Shown: piece after piece, positions 47,001 through 52,033 of the stretch
Layout of the letters: every line of letters begins with the position of its first letter
Position numbering within the stretch: the first letter of the stretch is position 1
From: Macrostomum lignano
Taxonomy: Eukaryota
DNA length: 52,033 nt
Direction of reading: 5' to 3'
NCBI GenBank assembly: GCA_002269645.1
Contig: NIVC01003074.1
Coordinates: 1 to 52,033, forward strand
The notes under the pieces: model-generated
Told to the model about the DNA's origin: nothing
The model's database searches: none
Seen by the model: the letters and a program-made list of their open reading frames with translations, nothing else
Program-made: the position numbers and the translations under genes

Positions 47001-50000
47001 CACCGGACTCAAGACTAGAAAGGTGTCAAGTAAGTCTTCTTTTACACAAACTAACATAATGAACTTTTAGATTGTTAATTTTAAATGATCTTTGAGATAA
47101 ATTTCAATTAATATCGTTGTTTTTAACAGCTCCGGGACTGAAGTACCTCGGCTGCTTCGTCGACAAAGCCACCAGAGATCTGAGACGCGAAGCTCCAAAA
47201 GGCCACATGAGCGTGCCCAAGTGCTACAGGTTCTGTCGAAAGCACAAGTACAAGTTCTTCGGAGTGCAATATGGCAACCATTGCTTCTGCGGCAATCACT
47301 ATGGCCGATTCGGAATCAGACCGAACACCGAGTGCAGAATGCAGTGCAGCGGCGATAAGACTACTTACTGCGGTGCAGGCTGGAGAAACAGTGTGTACGC
47401 TACCGGCTTGGAGCTGGCTTCCACAGGTAAATATTTAATAAAAAGTCTACCAACACTGAAATTTCAATTTTTACATAATATCAATAAAATATAAAACGGT
47501 TTTTATTAAAGTGATGAGTGCTAGACATTTGAGCACGTGCTGACATCCATTGGATTCTGAATAATATTCAAAGCAACACCACCTTTCAGGAGCTGGAGTT
47601 CGCAAGCTCGGCTGCTACGTCGACACAGCTAAGCGAGACCTGCCCCACCTGTACGCTGCTGGACACAAGACTAACAAAGCCTTCTGCTGGAGGTACTGTA
47701 AAGGCAAGGGTTACAAGTACTTTGGACTGCAGTTCGGCAACCACTGTACATGCGGAAACACGTACGGTCGGTACGGTAGAGCAAAGGCGTCGTCATGCTC
47801 AGCAGTGTGCAAAGGCGACCGACGAAGAAAGTGCGGCGGCACTTGGAGAAACGAGATTTTTACAACCGGACTGAGGTCCAAGAATGCTAAAAGTGAGTTA
47901 TTGTTAGCTTTCCTACGTTTTAGCATGAGCTGCTTAATGTAGGCTCAACTTTTATTTTAACGTTCTTGGGCGTCCTCTGACTGTAGCTCAGCTTTTAGAA
48001 CACAGCACTACTTTACAAAAGCCTGGGACAAAGAACATAGACAAATTAAACCCTCGCACTCCTCTTAGGTAAATTTACAGGTTCATATCGGTTTTCCATT
48101 CGATACAGAAAAAGAACATAAGAGTGTTGAGTCTCAGTTCTCTCAATAAAAGAATATTGTTGTCAAAGTTAGTATCACTGCAGAGGCTTCATCCAACGGA
48201 ATTTGCAGGTAAGCATTGGTGAAGTCGATGACGGCAAAAACGTTGCCCCGTCCAACTGGCTTAGGACGTCCTCGTTGCTTGGTGTGGTAGAGACCATGTC
48301 GTTTAACCAATTATTTACTGTCACTTTATAATCCCCACGCAAACAAATCTTTCTATTCGGGTTTCTTACAGTCACGAATGGAGTAGACCATTTGCTCTGA
48401 TCCACGGGCTTTAAGATCTTCTCCGCCACCAACCGTTCCAGTTCCAGCTTAACAGCATCACACATGCCGTAGCTGTCTGGTATTGGTCGTTGTTTAAAAA
48501 AACAATGGTGTAGCACCATCCTTTAACGTGAGGTGCGCTCAAAATTAAGCAACTTAAAAGATGTTTAGATGAGGTTCCAGTGCGTGCATCCACTCGAGGC
48601 CATTAAAGATACTGGGAGCGTTTAGATTGTCTACCATGAATATCGGGAGGCTGCCGTCTTGCCTTGAAATTGCACGTTCACAATCGACTGTCCACATATC
48701 GGAACAACTCTTCCTTGGTAATCGTTGAAATTTCTGTCCGGTATTAGACTTCCGGTTTTCTCTGTTAGACCATCGAACAGTTTTCTAGAAATTAGCGAGG
48801 CATCTGGATTTGCCACGGTATTGAAAACCGTGTTGAAATCGGTCCCGTTAATGCGCAACTTTCTGTAGATTCTCTGACTGTCCCCTTGAAATAAGAACAC
48901 TTGATCTCCATTGTCCCCTAGCTGCTTATCGACATCGTTCCGAACTTCCCCATGCATAACATAAGTCTGATAGAAAATGACCCGCTTGTAGGCTTACATC
49001 TTTGCGAAGATGTCTTGGGGTTTAGTGCTTTACAGACGGCTTTGAGATGTCCCACTTTTCTACAATATCCACACTTGAGCAGCTTGTCTCGACATTCCCT
49101 CTTCATGTGTACTTGCTTTCCACTGCAGAAGCAAGATATCTGTTTTCTTGCTTCTCAACGGTAGGCTCTTTCAGGCTGTTTTCATTGCCCAATTCCGGTG
49201 ACGGGGTCGATTTCCCCTGACTGGCGCATCTGTAATAGGCCTGAGTCCGCCATGTCCTCACCTCTTTACACAGATGCGCACGCTGTTGCAACAGCAGTGA
49301 CCTTTTGCAGAGTTATTCCGCGAGTTTCTCGGCCAATAGCTTGCGTAGAATATCTTATCTTTGTTCGAAAGTTCAAATATAAACTGGTCGCGAAGACGGT
49401 CCTTGACGTCGTTGGAATCGCACTCGTCGGCCAGTTGATTCAGTCTAGGACTGTTCGACAAGGTATCCTCGTTGGGCTCCTGCCCTGTCCTGCGAAATAC
49501 GTATCGGTAGGCGATTACAGATTTCAGTGATTTTATCTTGTCACTCAGCAAGGTCTTCATGTCATCGTAGGACTTCTTCTCAGTATCGTCTGGCACGGCT
49601 GCATCTGCGAGAAGGTTACACATGCGCTTGCCAATAAGCGCTAGAAATGCGTCTTTCTGCTTTTCCTCCTTGAAGTCGTGAAATTTGCAGTGAATTTCGA
49701 CTCTTCAAATCTACCTATTCGAATCTTCACCATCTTCTAGTGTGTCCAGTGGGGAAAGCCTCGTCGCCATTGTTAGCTTTCTTCTTACGTTGTAGCATGA
49801 GCTGCCAATGTATTCTCAATCTTTATTTTCACGCTCAGCTTATAAATCACAACACTAAATTACAAATACGCTCGTATCTAAGGCATATAGAAAAACTAAA
49901 CCCTCGCAGTTGTTATTCAATACTTTATCATACATCGAACAAATTTAATGCTGCTTTGTTAAAAACTTGCAAAATGTGAAATTACACGGTGATGTACTTG

Positions 50001-52033
50001 TCAAACTCTCGTAAAAAAACAAACAGATGATAGCTTTGAACTATATCGCTCTCTTTTAGCACCAGGAATGCTACATCTCGGCTGCTTCGTCGACTCTAAA
50101 GCTCGCGACCTACCCAAATTAGCTGGCAAGGGCCGCATGACTGTCGGAAAGTGCTACAACTTGTGCAGAAAGCTCAAGTACAGATTCTTTGGAGTGCAGT
50201 ACGCAAGTCAGTGCTGGTGCGGTAACCACTACGGACGGTACGGTCTTCGCGACAAGAACGAGTGCCGCATGCAGTGCAGCGGCGACAAGACCACTTACTG
50301 CGGTGCAGGCTGGAGAAACGACATCTTCACAACTGGTCTTTCGGCCAGGCCAAAAGGTAAGATTACTTAGTGTTGCAATGCCTATAATTTATATCGATTA
50401 CTGAAACGAGCTATCATTTACGACAGCAACTATGATTTTTGTCCACAGACTCGGCTTATCTTGGCTGCTTCATTGACAACGCAGCCCGCGACCTGCCCAA
50501 GGTGGTGAACGCTGGAGTGAAAGCCAACAGCCACTACTGCATCAAGCTGTGCAAGCGTGCTGGCTACAAGTACGCCGGTTTGCAATACGCCAGTTACTGC
50601 ACCTGCGGCAATAGCTACGGCTCTCTGGGTCGAGTCAGCAACAAGCAATGTAAAATGACGTGCAAGGGCGACAGGCGAGAGAAGTGCGGCGGACCGTGGA
50701 GGAACTCCGTCTACAGCACCGGACTCAAGACTAGAAAGGTGTCAAGTAAGTCTTCTTTTACACAAACTAACATAATGAACTTTTAGATTGTTAATTTTAA
50801 ATGATCTTTGAGATAAATTTCAATTAATATCGTTGTTTTTAACAGCTCCGGGACTGAAGTACCTCGGCTGCTTCGTCGACAAAGCCACCAGAGATCTGAG
50901 ACGCGAAGCTCCAAAAGGCCACATGAGCGTGCCCAAGTGCTACAGGTTCTGTCGAAAGCACAAGTACAAGTTCTTCGGAGTGCAATATGGCAACCATTGC
51001 TTCTGCGGCAATCACTATGGCCGATTCGGAATCAGACCGAACACCGAGTGCAGAATGCAGTGCAGCGGCGATAAGACTACTTACTGCGGTGCAGGCTGGA
51101 GAAACAGTGTGTACGCTACCGGCTTGGAGCTGGCTACCACTGGTAAATATTTTTAGACGATAAAAGTATTAATATTGACTTTTCGATTTGTATATATTAC
51201 CTTCAAACATGAAAAGAGCCAGCCGTCTTTTTAAGTAGTGAGTGCCTAAAAATTGAGCACTAGCTTGCAATCAAAAATATATTTGAGAAATGCAGAAATG
51301 CTACGTGCTGACATCCATTGGATTCTGAATAATATTCAAAGCAACACCACCTTTCAGGAGCTGGAGTTCGCAAGCTCGGCTGCTACGTCGACAAAGCTAA
51401 ACGAGACTTGCCCCACCTGTACGCTGCTGGACACAAGACTAACAAAGCCTTCTGCTGGAGGTACTGTAAAGGCAAGGGTTACAAGTACTTTGGACTGCAG
51501 TTCGGCAACCACTGTACATGCGGAAACACGTACGGTCGATACGGTAAAGCAAAGGCGTCGTCATGCTCAGCAGTGGCAAAGGCGACCGACGAAGAAAGTG
51601 CGGCGGCACTTGGAGAAACGAGATTTTCACAACCGGACTGAGGTCCAAGAAGGCTAAAAGTGAGTTATTATTTAATACTTTATCATGCATCGAAAAAATT
51701 ATTGCTGCTTTGTTAAAAACTTGCAAAAATGTGAAATTACACGGTGTTACTTGTCAAACTCTCGCTAAAAAACAAACAGATGAAAGCTTTGAACTATATC
51801 GCTCTCTTTTAGCACAGGAATGCTACATCTCGGCTGCTTCGTCGACTCTAAAGCTCGCGACCTACCCAAATTGCTGGCAAGGGCCGCATGGACTGTCGGA
51901 AAGTGCTACAACTTGTGCAGAAAGCTCAAGTACAGATTCTTTGGAGTGCAGTACGCAAGTCAGTGCTGGTGCGGTAACCACTACGGACGGTACGGTCTTC
52001 GCGACAAGAACGAGTGCCGCATGCAGTGCAGCG
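28954..52033 (+). CDS. Giant secreted multidomain WSC / F-type lectin / vWA protein (3' end beyond the window; ~3700 aa in window)
   Basis: Order: SP-WSC-WSC-FTP-vWA-FTP-WSC-FTP-WSC-FTP-vWA-WSCx6-FTP-WSCx15 plus a partial WSC. Each exon was bounded by splice sites and phase-checked. No stop or transmembrane segment is seen in the intended frame, apart from scattered 1-bp indels near 36286, 36782, 37831, 51576 and 51813-51895. Confidence 0.88.
29528..30424 (+). CDS. WSC domain exons 1-2 (29528-29812, 30119-30424)
   Basis: GCxxD...RDLP...C...C...YFGxQYSKECWCGN...C.M.CSG....CGSSWRNSIY, the WSC eight-cysteine pattern. Confidence 0.92.
30661..31074 (+). CDS. F-type lectin (FTP/fucolectin) domain exon a
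   Basis: RAIDGN...SCTHT...WWQ...NRRDCCANRL...LTLCEVQV. The fucose-binding motif H-X26-R-X-D-X4-R is exact (26 residues counted). Confidence 0.92.
31241..32666 (+). CDS. vWA module 1 (exons 31241-31800, 32440-32533, 32622-32666)
   Basis: LVFVIDITGSMG (DxTxS MIDAS variant), FGDP, GGGDCAEM and LFTDASAKD, typical of hemicentin/VWA7-type vWA domains. GC donor after 31800. Confidence 0.88.
34130..36616 (+). CDS. FTP b (34130-34540), WSC (34650-34955), FTP c (35167-35577), WSC (35686-35991), FTP d (36204-36616)
   Basis: Tandem [FTP-WSC] units with a ~1036-bp period. FTP d has a 1-bp deletion near 36286 relative to FTP a. Confidence 0.9.
36770..37835 (+). CDS. vWA module 2 (exons ~36770-37321, 37617-37710, 37790-37835)
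   Basis: Near-identical vWA exon to 31241-31800 with the same GC donor. +1 indels near 36782 and 37831. Confidence 0.82.
37922..40320 (+). CDS. Six diverged WSC exons (37922-38221, 38323-38622, 38864-39160, 39247-39546, 39637-39936, 40024-40320)
   Basis: Each is 297-300 nt, GT-AG, phase 1-1, with the full WSC cysteine pattern. Confidence 0.92.
40404..40814 (+). CDS. F-type lectin domain exon e (diverged)
   Basis: TKLPLSHCSQHSTTWKAPCIRAIDGNTNQHFFKHSCTHT...HNRQDCCAKRL; H-X26-R-X-D-X4-R intact. 411 nt, phase 1-1. Confidence 0.9.
41033..44174 (+). CDS. Seven WSC exons (41033-41335, 41811-42107, 42213-42515, 42627-42923, 43015-43311, 43412-43708, 43872-44174)
   Basis: Each is 297-303 nt, phase 1-1, with the WSC pattern. 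Confidence 0.92.
44184..46192 (-). mobile_element. Internally deleted Ty3/Gypsy (Mag-like) LTR retrotransposon, copy 1, intronic
   Basis: LTRs TG...CA at 46055-46192 and 44184-44340. PBS TGGCGACGAGG (46053-46043, minus). PPT AAGAGGAG next to the 3' LTR. 5-bp TSD GTTAT/GTTGT. Frameshifted gag (LRDQFI), two CCHC knuckles (second CGYCRKVGHLKAVC), degenerate protease, and RT N-terminus (WSTPFVTV...GDYKVTVN). RNase H and integrase are absent. Confidence 0.9.
46344..47892 (+). CDS. Four WSC exons, duplicate unit 2 (46344-46640, 46733-47029, 47130-47426, 47590-47892)
   Basis: Copies of 42627-44174, phase 1-1. Confidence 0.9.
47902..49908 (-). mobile_element. Internally deleted Ty3/Gypsy LTR retrotransposon, copy 2
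   Basis: Near-identical to 44184-46192, at the same intron position with the same TSD. Confidence 0.9.
50060..52033 (+). CDS. WSC exons of units 3-4 (50060-50356, 50449-50745, 50846-51142, 51358-51659, 51813-end)
   Basis: Same four-exon unit without the LTR element. The last two exons carry 1-bp indels, and the window end truncates the final one. Confidence 0.82.

Larger units (their letters stand above)
42695..51134. repeat. Near-identical tandem segmental duplication, period ~3717 bp (~2.3 units)
   Basis: ORFs recur at offsets of 3716-3718 (43005/46723/50439; 44457/48175; 46352/50068). Introns and the LTR element are copied almost base for base. Confidence 0.93.

Overview
Eukaryotic, intron-containing animal DNA. 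It is most consistent with a free-living flatworm such as Macrostomum; this is an inference from Gln/Ala/Gly-rich coding style, short introns and dense mini/microsatellites, not a database result. All supported genes lie on the + strand. The left part holds a compact run of housekeeping genes (an acidic orphan ORF, ATG12, COMMD4, YIPF3). A sharply bounded 2.66-kb CpG-free block follows, then an 8-exon AKNA-family gene (~1439 aa) whose introns carry several tandem repeats and a SINE. The right 23 kb is one very large gene for a predicted secreted, strongly cationic lectin-like protein, still open at the window end. It has a signal peptide, at least 26 WSC domains, 5 F-type (fucolectin/FTP) lectin domains and 2 hemicentin-like vWA domains. 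Each WSC and FTP domain sits on its own symmetric phase-1 exon. The gene shows nested tandem duplications, chimeric exons, and an internally deleted Ty3/Gypsy LTR element that was duplicated with the exons; one further repeat unit keeps the empty insertion site. Also present: two tRNA-derived CORE-like SINEs, a hAT MITE with a perfect 8-bp TSD, and two related TIR elements. All coordinates and phases were read by hand and no homology search was run.
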